Shown here: positions 45,390 to 54,025 of the stretch, in pieces
Layout: the number at the start of each line of letters is the position of its first letter
Numbering within the stretch: position 1 is the first letter of the stretch
Origin: an uncultured Acidobacteriota bacterium
GTDB lineage: Bacteria > Acidobacteriota > Thermoanaerobaculia > Multivoradales > UBA5704
Assembly: GCA_963770895.1 (NCBI GenBank)
Contig: CAVYRF010000002.1
Location: 3,264,001 to 3,328,000 of the forward strand
Direction: 5' to 3'
DNA length: 64,000 nucleotides
Notes under the pieces: model-generated
What the model was told of the DNA's origin: nothing
The model's input: only the letters and a program-made list of their open reading frames with translations
Databases searched by the model: none
Made by a program: the position numbers and the translations under genes

Positions 45390-46376
45390 GGTCCGACGCC
45401 GACCCGCAGAAGATGCGTCTGGCGGTCGTCGGGCAACCGCCGTAGCCTCGGCTTCGCCGGCGAGAAACCCCAGGACGCCGGTTCCGGGAGGCGCGCGATG
45501 CCGCACGAGCACGAGGTGCGCTCTCACGAGCGCTGGGCGCATCTGCGCTTTGCTGTTGTCGGGCCGCTGCTGGCCTCGCCGCCGGCAGCCGGCGAGCTCC
45601 AGACGGAGCTGTCCCGTCTGGCGTCGAGACTCTGGCAGCATCCGGTCTCCGGTCAGCCGGTGCGCTTTGCCGTCTCGACGATCGAGCGCTGGTACTACCA
45701 GGCCCGACACGGCAACGACCCGGTGGCCGTCTTGCGCCGCAAGATCCGCAGCGACAGCGGCCAGCAGCAGGCCCTCAGCGCTGAGCTCGGAGAGGCGCTG
45801 CGACGCCAGCATGCAGCCCATCCGAGCTGGAGCTACCAGCTGCACCTCGACAATCTGGCCGTCCTGGTCGCCGAGCAGTCGAACTGGGGTCCACTGCCGT
45901 CCTACGCCAGCCTGCGGCGCTACATGGTGGTGCATGGCTGGCTGCGACGCCGGCGAGTGCCGCGTGGCCAGCGCCCGGGAGAGCGCCTGGCCGAAGAGCG
46001 CCGAGAGGCGCGCGAGACGCGCAGCTACGAGGCTGAGTACGTCGGCGGCCTCTGGCATCTGGACTTCCATCACGGATCGCTGAAGATCCTCAATGCGCAG
46101 GGCGAGTGGGTGCAGCCGGTGCTGCTGGCGATCCTCGACGATCGATCGCGACTGCTCTGCCACGCCCAGTGGTATCTGAGCGAAACCGCCGCGAGTCTGG
46201 TGCACGGCCTGGTGCAGGCCTTTCAAAAGCGCGGTCTGCCGCGGGCGCTGCTGACCGACAACGGCGGCCCGATGCTTGCGGCCGAAACCACCCAAGGTCT
46301 ACAACGCCTCGCCGTCGTCCACTCCACCACGCTCTCGTACTCCCCGCATCAGAAAGGCTGCGCTTCATACTGCACC

Positions 46377-48458
46377 TCATCCGTTGGAATCGGTGCGACT
46401 TGCGTGCCGCACCGTGGGCCGCAAGGGCTGCGGCTTGTGTTTGAATTTGATAGGCCGGTCGGCACCTGGAAGCTCAAAAAGGTGCTGGCCCTTGTCGTTG
46501 TATGCATGGGCCTTGAGCAGGCCCGCGCGGCGCCAGAGCTTGATCGTGCAGGGAGTGACGTTGAGCCGCTTGGCGATCTGCGTGATGTCCATCATACCCG
46601 CCGCCCGAAGACGATCGTATCGGCTCCGGAGCTTGTATTCCAAGCGGATTCGATAGACGAATACCGGCTTGAAGTTCTTGCCACTGCCTGACCGGAAAGC
46701 TTGTTGGTTGAGGATGGCTGCGATCTGTTTGTCGGTATGATGGTCGAGCAACCTGTCGATTTCCGCCACCACCTCCTTGCTGGTTTGAGAGATCTCCCAA
46801 ACTCGCAACGCGGGCGGGAGGCCCAGTGTCGTGGTTGCGCCACCGCGGAAGCGAATCTGCGCCGTGATCTGTGTTCCTCTGCTGAGTGTTACATCTTCGA
46901 TGAGAAGCCTGACCATCCGTTTGCGGTCGCGATCCGTCGTCGTTGGCTCGTACCAGAGCTTCGTCAGATCCGTAGCGAGGGCGAGGATGCGCGAGCGTTG
47001 CGCTTCATCGATAACTATTGTCTCGGCTTTCCGCCGTCGCTCATACTCTTCCTGAGCACTGGTGAGCGTCCGCAGCTTCCGGTTCCAGTCAGCCTCGAGT
47101 TCGTCAGCCACCAGACGATTATCGGGATCGACCTGCATGAAACGCCGGCGTGCCAGGTCCGCCTCATAACGAGCGCGCTCGACCTGTCGAGACCATAGCC
47201 GCTCCGCTTCATCGGCGCGCGACTGAAGCTGCTGCTGAACCGTCAGCGTGGCCTCGAGAGCCATCGGCGTCATGGCTTCGACGAGGAGGCGCCCGACCGC
47301 CGCATCGATGTGGGTGCCCGAGATGCTCTGGCATAAGGGTTCGCCGCGCTCGATGCCTTGTCGCTGGCAGGTGTAGACAGTTAGGCGCTTGCCGTAGCTG
47401 TGGTTGTAACGGACCGTCATCCGTTCACCGCAGACACCGCAGATCACCAAACCCTGGAGGAGTGCTGGCCCTTCTCGGGGAGGGCTCTTGCGGCGTTCGC
47501 TGCCTTGGGCTTGCGAGTTCTCGCGCAGGCGTCGCTGGTTTTCCTCGAACTCGTCCCAGGTGATGTAGCCTGGGTGCGAATCGCGGATGAGTGCGGTCCA
47601 CTCCTCCCGCGGCAACCTCTCAAACGTGCCGCTGCGATTCCCATAGTGGCGTTGTCGACTACGGCCAAAGAAGAAGGCTCCGGCAAATCGCGGATTGTGC
47701 AGCACCCAGAGGGCACGGGAATGCTGCAGATCTCCCCAGATCACCTCACCTTTGGCCGGCCCCGTCCGCACGCGGTGAGGAAACCGGAGTCCCTGTGCGC
47801 GGAAGGCCTTCATCGTTCCGGTCGCCGAACCTGTGCGGCGGAAAATCTGGAAGAAGGTGCGGATCGTCTCCTGCACCTGCTTGTCAGGATCGAGAATAAC
47901 GCGCTGTTGAGCGTCGTAACGGAAGCCAATGGGAAGTGGCGACTCAAGCTCGCCGCGGCGCGCCTTGTTGAGGATGCCGCCCCGTAGTCGCGCCCGCAGC
48001 ACGTGCAGCTCCGCCTCGCTCATGGTGCCCTTGAGGCCAAGCAGAAGGCGGTCGTTGAAGTGCGCGGGGTCATAGACGCCATCTTCGTCGAGGATGAGCG
48101 TGTCGCTGAGCGCAGAGATCTCGAGGAGCCGATGCCAGTCGGAGGAGTTCCGCGCCAGCCGCGACACCTCGAGCCCCATCACGATTCCCGCGCGTCCCAT
48201 GCCGACATCGGCGACAAGTCTCTGGAAGCCGTCGCGTCGCTCCGCCGACGCGCCCGACTGCCCCTGGTCGCAGTCAATGATGATGATCTGCTCCTGGGCC
48301 CAACCTAGCGCTACCGCTCGCTGCCTCAGGGCGTACTGGCGATCGGTACTTTCGGTGTTCTCGAAGACCTGTCGCAGCGTGGACTGCCGGATGTAGAGGT
48401 AGGCGTTTCGCTTAAGGTGTCGGGCCGTGACCTTCTGGTGCGCTTCGTTGCCCATCAT
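46377..48458 (-). CDS. large serine recombinase (~693 aa)
   Basis: YIRQST, GLEVSRLARN, LLGLKGTMSEAE, Zn ribbon CGVCG, VDPDNRLVA coiled coil, C-terminal HTH. ATGA-coupled start. Confidence 0.95.
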   Translation of the reverse strand: MMGNEAHQKVTARHLKRNAYLYIRQSTLRQVFENTESTDRQYALRQRAVALGWAQEQIIIIDCDQGQSGASAERRDGFQRLVADVGMGRAGIVMGLEVSRLARNSSDWHRLLEISALSDTLILDEDGVYDPAHFNDRLLLGLKGTMSEAELHVLRARLRGGILNKARRGELESPLPIGFRYDAQQRVILDPDKQVQETIRTFFQIFRRTGSATGTMKAFRAQGLRFPHRVRTGPAKGEVIWGDLQHSRALWVLHNPRFAGAFFFGRSRQRHYGNRSGTFERLPREEWTALIRDSHPGYITWDEFEENQRRLRENSQAQGSERRKSPPREGPALLQGLVICGVCGERMTVRYNHSYGKRLTVYTCQRQGIERGEPLCQSISGTHIDAAVGRLLVEAMTPMALEATLTVQQQLQSRADEAERLWSRQVERARYEADLARRRFMQVDPDNRLVADELEADWNRKLRTLTSAQEEYERRRKAETIVIDEAQRSRILALATDLTKLWYEPTTTDRDRKRMVRLLIEDVTLSRGTQITAQIRFRGGATTTLGLPPALRVWEISQTSKEVVAEIDRLLDHHTDKQIAAILNQQAFRSGSGKNFKPVFVYRIRLEYKLRSRYDRLRAAGMMDITQIAKRLNVTPCTIKLWRRAGLLKAHAYNDKGQHLFELPGADRPIKFKHKPQPLRPTVRHASRTDSNG

Positions 48459-48766
48459 GTCGTCACTCCTCTCGGGGCGTAAGCCGACAGAGCCATTTCG
48501 GCAAGGAGCATGGCCACTTCGACTCGGAAGTCCTGTGGCATGAAAGATGGCTCCGCGGCTGATCGCCGAGCCCCCGCCTCGGACGGCCTGATCAGCGCCG
48601 CGCACCTCTCCATCCAGGCGGCCATGCCACTGCGGATGAACAATCCCCATCCAACCTCACGACTTGACCCGGCAAGACGACCGAGCGCGCTACGCCGGAG
48701 ATCCTCGTAGCCAGCGATCAGGGCATCTTGCGCTCCCGCCATGACAGAGTCGGACACGGAGGTCAC
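48455..48766 (-). CDS. hypothetical protein of the recombinase element
   Basis: YEDLRRSALG...GWGLFIRSGMAAWM. Overlaps both neighbours by 4 bp. Confidence 0.7.
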   Translation of the reverse strand: MTSVSDSVMAGAQDALIAGYEDLRRSALGRLAGSSREVGWGLFIRSGMAAWMERCAALIRPSEAGARRSAAEPSFMPQDFRVEVAMLLAEMALSAYAPRGVTT

Positions 48767-49230
48767 CGTCGTTTTTTTTCCAGCCGACGCAGCGCACGCT
48801 CGATGCTGCGGGGATGAACCTCAACACCGAAGCGTTCCTTGACCAGGGGCACGAGCGCCGCCGCGGTGAGCGAGAGGTCGGCCCCCCGCTGCTCTTCGAT
48901 AAAGGCCATCACGTCCGGGCTGAGCTTATGAGCCTCTCGCGGCCCGCGCCTGCGTGGCAAGAGGCCAGCGAGCCCGCCGTCGGCGAAGGCGTCGCGCGCC
49001 TTGTAGAACGAGGGCCGCGAGAAGCCGAAAGCCTCTGCCGCTTCGGCGACAGGCGCCTCGTCGACCTGCGCACGCCGGATCATCTCGTACTTGACCTGGA
49101 GAAGATCTCTTGGATCGAAGAAGTCCGACCGTGCGAAGAGCTCGTCGGTGACGCGCTCCGGCCGCGGGTTGAGGGTCCGGCGCTCCCGCAAGGCGGCGAG
49201 CTTCGGATCGGAGGGCTTGCGGTCTGGCAT
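48763..49230 (-). CDS. HTH domain protein of the recombinase element
   Basis: FFDPRDLLQVKYEMIRR, AAEAFGFSRPSFY, VHPRSIERAL. Confidence 0.85.
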   Translation of the reverse strand: MPDRKPSDPKLAALRERRTLNPRPERVTDELFARSDFFDPRDLLQVKYEMIRRAQVDEAPVAEAAEAFGFSRPSFYKARDAFADGGLAGLLPRRRGPREAHKLSPDVMAFIEEQRGADLSLTAAALVPLVKERFGVEVHPRSIERALRRLEKKRR

Positions 49231-49250
49231 CAGTGATCTCCAACATGTGT

Positions 49251-49408
49251 AAGAGGAATTATGCCGTCTATCTAGAGCACAGTCAAGCCCCCGCGACGCG
49301 CAACTACGTAATCTACGGAGATTGCTGTGCTTTCTCTGGGCACGCCTATGCGTTTTGAAACCGAGTGCGGCGGCATAGTTCCCTTGACACTAGCGGCATA
49401 ATTTACTT
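49251..49408 (-). promoter_or_regulatory. sigma70 promoter plus three repeated boxes
   Basis: - strand TTGACT(49286-81)-N17-CATAAT(49263-58). AAyTATGCCG motif at 49257-66, with inverted copies at 49371-80 and 49394-403. Confidence 0.7.
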
Positions 49409-49675
49409 TACTCTTGCTTCGTCTTTAAGTTGGGTAATGAGGTTAGCCAGCCGCAGGAGATCCTCCGTCCTGAACCGGCTCTGGCCGGCCGCCATCACCC
49501 GGAATGGGTCCAGCGGCGCAACGTTGGTCCATCCGATGGGCATGTGGTGAAGCCGGCCCTTATCATCGAGGAAGTAGACGCGATCCTCGCCCCACGCCTG
49601 CTTGTACTCCACCAGTTCGAACTCGCAACCAGACAAGGGATGGAACGGGTGTGTCACTCGAACAAGCGGCCGCAC
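49403..49675 (-). CDS. DUF5372/Y4bD-like small protein, lacking its natural start in the integrated state
   Basis: VRVTHPFHPL...WGEDRVYF...PIGWTN...DPF. The frame is open to the element boundary and the GTG at 49675 has no obvious RBS. Confidence 0.75.
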   Translation of the reverse strand: MRPLVRVTHPFHPLSGCEFELVEYKQAWGEDRVYFLDDKGRLHHMPIGWTNVAPLDPFRVMAAGQSRFRTEDLLRLANLITQLKDEARVK

Positions 49676-50306
49676 ATCTGTTGAAGCTGCTGTAGTTGAC
49701 TGCCTTCTCCAACGGCAAGCAAGAGGTGTTCTGGGTGCAGGTCGAAGGCCGGCTGCTGGCCATGCTCGAAGATCAGCCTGACCTGACGCTGGGCCTGCTC
49801 AACGAGGCCACGCTCGCCTGGGTGGAGATGGAGTACCAGCGGACCCGGCACTCCGAGACCGGCCAGGCCCCGCTGACGCGCTGGCTCGATGGCCCCACGG
49901 TGATCCGTCCTTGTCCAGAGACCAACGACCTCCGCTTCGCCTTCACCGCTGCGGCCGAACGCACTCAGCGTCAGAGCGACGGCACCCTCAGCCTCGACGG
50001 CACCCGCTTCGAGGTCCCCGGCCGCTTTCGCCACCTGCGGCGGCTGGCGCTACGGTATGCGAGCTGGGATCTGCGCTCGGTCTGGCTCGTCGACCCACGC
50101 ACCGGCGTCGCTCTCGAGCGGCTCTATCCTCTCGACCGCACCCGAAACTCCGAGGGCGTAAGACGCCCGCTCGCACCGCCGTCGCTACCGACCGCGGAGA
50201 TCACTGCCCAGCCCGGCGGCATCGCGCCGCTGCTGCGCCAGCTCATGGCCGACTACGCCGCCACCGGCCTGCCTCCCGCTTACATCGCCTACGACGAGGA
50301 GCACAC

Positions 50307-51167
50307 ATGATGACCCGCAACCTGCTGGCCCTATTCGGCGTCAAGTGGAATCCGTTCTCACCCGACATTCCGATCGAGGCGCTTTGGCGCACCCCCAAGA
50401 TCGAGCACTTCTGCTGGCGGCTCGAAAACCTGGCGCGCGAGGGCGGCTTCGCCCTGATCACCGGCGATCCCGGAACGGGCAAGTCCGTCGCCCTCCGCGC
50501 TCTCGCCCACCATCTCGCCGCGCTGCCCGACGTCACCATCGGTGTCCTCAGCCGGCCGCAGAGCGCTCTCGGTGACTTCTACCGCGAGATGGGACAGCTC
50601 TTCGGCCTCGCGCTCTCTCCCCACAACCGCTGGGGCGGCTTCAAGATCCTCCGGGAAAGCTGGCTTGCCCACGTCGAAGCCACCCGCTGCCGCCCCGTGC
50701 TGCTCGTCGACGAAGCTCAGGAGATGCCCGCTGCCGTCCTCGCCGAAATCCGCATCCTTGCCGCCACCGAGTTTGATTCGCGCTCGATCCTCACCGTCGT
50801 GCTCTGCGGCGACAGCCGCCTAACGCAACAATTCCGCAGTGATGAGCTGCTGCCCATCGCCAGCCGCATCCGCGCTCGCTTGACGCTCGACTATCTCACT
50901 CCCAAGGAGCTGCTCGATTGGCTCCAGCACGCCCTCGCCCAGGCCGGCAATCCCCAGCTGCTCACCTCCGAGGTCAAGACCACCTTGGCCGAACACGCGG
51001 CCGGCAACCTGCGCGTCCTCACCACCCTGGGCAACGAGCTGCTCGCACTCGCCGCTCACCGACAGCTCGCCCAGATCGATCAAAAACTCTATCTCGAAGT
51101 CTTCGCCTCGCAACCCCGACCCAAACTCAAAGCCCAAACCCCAGGCAGCAAGCACCCTCGCGCCTGA
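50307..51167 (+). CDS. ExeA/TniB-like AAA ATPase (transposition helper)
   Basis: GDPGTGKS, LLVDEAQ, IASRI, AAGNLR. ATGA overlap with the transposase. Confidence 0.9.
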   Translation: MMTRNLLALFGVKWNPFSPDIPIEALWRTPKIEHFCWRLENLAREGGFALITGDPGTGKSVALRALAHHLAALPDVTIGVLSRPQSALGDFYREMGQLFGLALSPHNRWGGFKILRESWLAHVEATRCRPVLLVDEAQEMPAAVLAEIRILAATEFDSRSILTVVLCGDSRLTQQFRSDELLPIASRIRARLTLDYLTPKELLDWLQHALAQAGNPQLLTSEVKTTLAEHAAGNLRVLTTLGNELLALAAHRQLAQIDQKLYLEVFASQPRPKLKAQTPGSKHPRA

Positions 51168-51210
51168 ACCTTGGCCGGCTCTCGGCTCTCCCGCCTTCCC
51201 GAGAACCACC

Positions 51211-51558
51211 ATGCTCGCTGACGCCTATATCCGCTGCATACTCGACCTCTACCGCAGCACTCCCGATACCCCGGGGCGTGCCCGCCCCGCCGACCGCCAA
51301 CTCGCCGCCTCACTCCACCAACTCGAAATCCCTCTCGATCTTGTCGCCGCCGCGCTCGTCCTTGCCACCGCCCGGCGCAGACACCGCCATCCCCAAACTC
51401 CGCCTCTTCGCCCAATACGCTCGCTTCACTACTTTCTGCCCGTCATCGACGAGCTGATCAACGATCCGCCTCCACGCGCATATTGCGACTACCTCCGCCG
51501 AAGGCTCGAAACCTCTGCCCCCAAACTCATCGCCACGATCGACCATCAAATACCATGA
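51211..51558 (+). CDS. transposon-associated hypothetical protein
   Basis: 115-aa ORF (YRSTPDTPGR...IRSLHYFLPVIDE) ending in the right-end repeats. Confidence 0.65.
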   Translation: MLADAYIRCILDLYRSTPDTPGRARPADRQLAASLHQLEIPLDLVAAALVLATARRRHRHPQTPPLRPIRSLHYFLPVIDELINDPPPRAYCDYLRRRLETSAPKLIATIDHQIP

Positions 51559-51591
51559 CCGAACCGCCATCAAATACCGCGACCGCTCTCA

Positions 51592-52490
51592 AGCGCCAGG
51601 GCGATGTGGGCAGGTCGCGGTGGCAGGGCGACAACGGACTTGGCGCCGATCAGCTCGCGCACGGTGCGATCAGTGGCGACGAGCGGGGAGTCGGCCCACG
51701 GGCGGAAACCTGCGAGGAGGTCGGCGAGGTCGAGCGCGGTTTCTGTGAGTTCGAGCTCCGCCGACTCGATCGCGACGCTGTAGAGGGGTGCATGCTGGCG
51801 GCCAAGCTCGGGGAGGAGCGACGGGTCGGCTGCCCAGCGCTCGATGCGCCGCCGGTCGAGCTCGGCCTCCGGGATGGCAAAGGACCGCCGCCGGCCGACG
51901 AGGACGCACTGGCGAAACGCGGCAAAGAGCGGGGCGGGTAGGCGCCAGGCGCGGAGGTTGTCGAATTGGCAGGCGAGGTGGTCGGCACTCGCCTCCAGAG
52001 AAGGATGCGGGACGAGGAGGACGAGGATGCCGGCGCCGGGAGCGAGGCAGGAGGTCCAGCGATCGAGGAAGCGCTGCTCGAGTCGGCGGTGGACCCTGTC
52101 GGTATCGTAGGGTGGGTTGAGGAAGAGCAGGGACGCGCCGCAGCCCTCCTCGTCGGCGCGGGAGATGGTGAACCGGAAGGCGTCGGCATGGAAGTGACGG
52201 CTGTGAGGGATCCTCGACTTGAGCTGACCGTAGCGGCCTGCTTCCATCTCAATGGCGAAGATCGCCCCTGCGGGGGAGGTGCCCGTCGCGGTCTGCGATG
52301 GAGTGCCGGCAAACCAAAGCTTGCAAAGGGTGTCGATGGCCTCGCCGCCGCCGGCGCATGGATCGACGAGGATGTGCCTCGCGCTGTTGCGCTCAAGCGG
52401 ATGGAACGTGACGAGAGAAGCGATGGCGGGCAAGATCTCCGGCGGTGTCGGGAAGTAGCCTGCGAGCGCCTGGGACTCGGGCCTGGCCAT
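51592..52490 (-). pseudogene. N-terminal part (DUF6094-like N6-adenine methyltransferase) of the interrupted MTase-helicase gene
   Basis: MARPESQALAGYFPTPP, DPCAGGG (motif I), LFLNPPY (motif IV), RLEQRFL. Confidence 0.85.
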
Positions 52491-53256
52491 GGATGGGTTC
52501 CTCCTGGAGTCGTAGCAGGTTTCGTGCGGTCTGCTCGGCGAGGAACGCCGAGAAGCTTGCGTGGGTGGTCGAGACGAGGAGCGGCCGCTCGAGACCGAGG
52601 GCATCGTGGCCCTCGGCGAAGAGCTTGGAGACGCGATAGGGAGAGATCTGCGTTTGATGGCACCAGTCGGAGGCAAGGGCGGCGCGGTAGAGCGCGAGGT
52701 GGAAGCGGAGGTCGTCTGCAATCGGCAGCGGCGAGCGGCGATCGAGAAAGGCGACGAAGTACGCCGCTACAGCCGCCTCGCGGGCGTCGGGGCCGAGCTC
52801 GGTGAGGGTCGCCGCCTCGCGCTCGACCCACCAGGTGGGTGGCATACAGAGGAAGCGAAGGGTGCCGTGTTCGGCGGTGGCTGGCAGCTGCGAGAACGCG
52901 CCGGGCAGGTAGGCGAAGGTGAGAGTTCCGCCGTCGCATGAAAACGTCTCGTAGCGAAACCCGGCGGAGCGCGGGATCTCGACGCGGAAGTTGCCGATGC
53001 CGCGTTGGTCGTGGATGGCTGGGCGGCCGGAGCGGAGGTTGGCGGTGAAGGCGCGGGACTGCTCATCGGTCGCGGCGTAGGCGAGGAGGACTGGGCGCAG
53101 GGTGTTGTCGCGGGAGCTTGAGCCAAACTCCCATTGCAGGCCGGGGGCGGCAACGACAGTGATCAGGTCCGCGTGAAAGATTCGGGTTTTTTGGCCCTCG
53201 CGCGTGGGTTTCGCCTCGATCGCCAGGTGTCTCTGGACGGGAAACTGCGCGGCCAT
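52393..53256 (-). CDS. hypothetical protein upstream of the MTase-helicase
   Basis: AAGGAG RBS and a protein-like sequence (RAFTANLRSG, FLDRRSPLPI). Overlaps the next gene. Confidence 0.65.
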   Translation of the reverse strand: MAAQFPVQRHLAIEAKPTREGQKTRIFHADLITVVAAPGLQWEFGSSSRDNTLRPVLLAYAATDEQSRAFTANLRSGRPAIHDQRGIGNFRVEIPRSAGFRYETFSCDGGTLTFAYLPGAFSQLPATAEHGTLRFLCMPPTWWVEREAATLTELGPDAREAAVAAYFVAFLDRRSPLPIADDLRFHLALYRAALASDWCHQTQISPYRVSKLFAEGHDALGLERPLLVSTTHASFSAFLAEQTARNLLRLQEEPIHGQARVPGARRLLPDTAGDLARHRFSRHVPSA

Positions 53257-53478
53257 CTCGAGGTCTCCTTTGGTCGTGGTGCTCGCCGTTGCGGCGAGCG
53301 CTCGACTTGGAGAACCCTCATATTTCTTGCTCTTCATGGGTGGAATGGCGCTCAGAACGCCGCCGCCGCTCCTGTGTGGTCCTGCTCGGTGCGGCGGTAC
53401 TCCCACCTACTCCTATTGAAGCCGATGTTCAGGCGCCCGACGGTCCGGCAACAATGCTGGCAAGAGCCTAGCCGGCAC

Positions 53479-53673
53479 TCATCGCCACTCGTCTGGATCG
53501 TTCGCAGCGGCGTCCAATAGGGTGAGGATTTCCTCAAAATCCTGATCGTAGAGAACTGGGGGTGAGGCCGGACGGCTTTCACGCTCGCGACGTTGATCCG
53601 CAAGAAGCTGGCGAAAGCGCTTCCGGATCGCATTCACAGTTTTGGGCGTCAGTTTGGGGAGCTTGCTGGACAT
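53479..53673 (-). CDS. small hypothetical protein
   Basis: 64 aa with a plausible RBS (AAAGGA), co-oriented with the downstream genes. Confidence 0.4.
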   Translation of the reverse strand: MSSKLPKLTPKTVNAIRKRFRQLLADQRRERESRPASPPVLYDQDFEEILTLLDAAANDPDEWR

Positions 53674-54025
53674 GTCGGGTCCTTTTTCACGGCTTTGGAC
53701 AGCAGCGGAGCTGCGGGTTCGTGAAGCGGCTCCTTGTATCGGTTACTTTGCTGTCTCGGCACCTCCCGCGCCTAGCGGCGTCGGTGCCGGGATCGCGCCT
53801 TGGATGGAAGCAGGAGCAAAGAGAGAGGTTGTGACGGCTGCTGACGTTGGCGTTGGCAGTCGAGGCCGCCGGTCGGCGGTCTTCAAGTCGTCATGCGAGC
53901 GCTCGATGCGGCCTTCGACTGCCCTCCTTCCGAGAGAGACCGGCAAGCCGCGTCGCCGAAGTGGGCGGGGGCCTTGGAGATCGCCAACCTGCATTTCGTT
54001 GCAGATAGCACGTAAGATTGTGCGC

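Larger units (their letters stand above)
46355..49712 (-). mobile_element. large-serine-recombinase element (4 genes)
   Basis: Flanked only by an AA dinucleotide (46353-54 and 49711-12), consistent with a 2-bp serine-recombinase crossover. Removal restores the transposase frame. Confidence 0.88.
45498..50310 (+). pseudogene. DDE transposase (~484 aa) split by a nested element at 46355-49712
   Basis: WHLDFHHG, ILDDRSR, LTDNGG before the break. Rejoining gives YSPHQ|NGKQEVFW. Mu-like C-terminus RTQRQSDGTLSLDGTRFEVP. Confidence 0.9.
44584..51591 (+). mobile_element. 4-gene DDE/AAA transposon (Mu/IS21/Tn7-like architecture)
   Basis: Terminal IR TGAGAGCGGTCGCGGTAnnnGATGG (22/25 match) and 5-bp TSD AGCGC at 44579-83 and 51592-96. 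Internal repeat CCATCAAATACC twice at the right end. Confidence 0.92.

Noticed and set aside
45498-46691. 397-aa ORF as a complete transposase
   Set aside because: After SPHQ it reads into the antisense strand of the nested recombinase. The true C-terminus is at 49713-50310.
53642-54025. N-terminal extension of the ADOP permease
   Set aside because: Not protein-like. Family similarity starts near ATG 54026.
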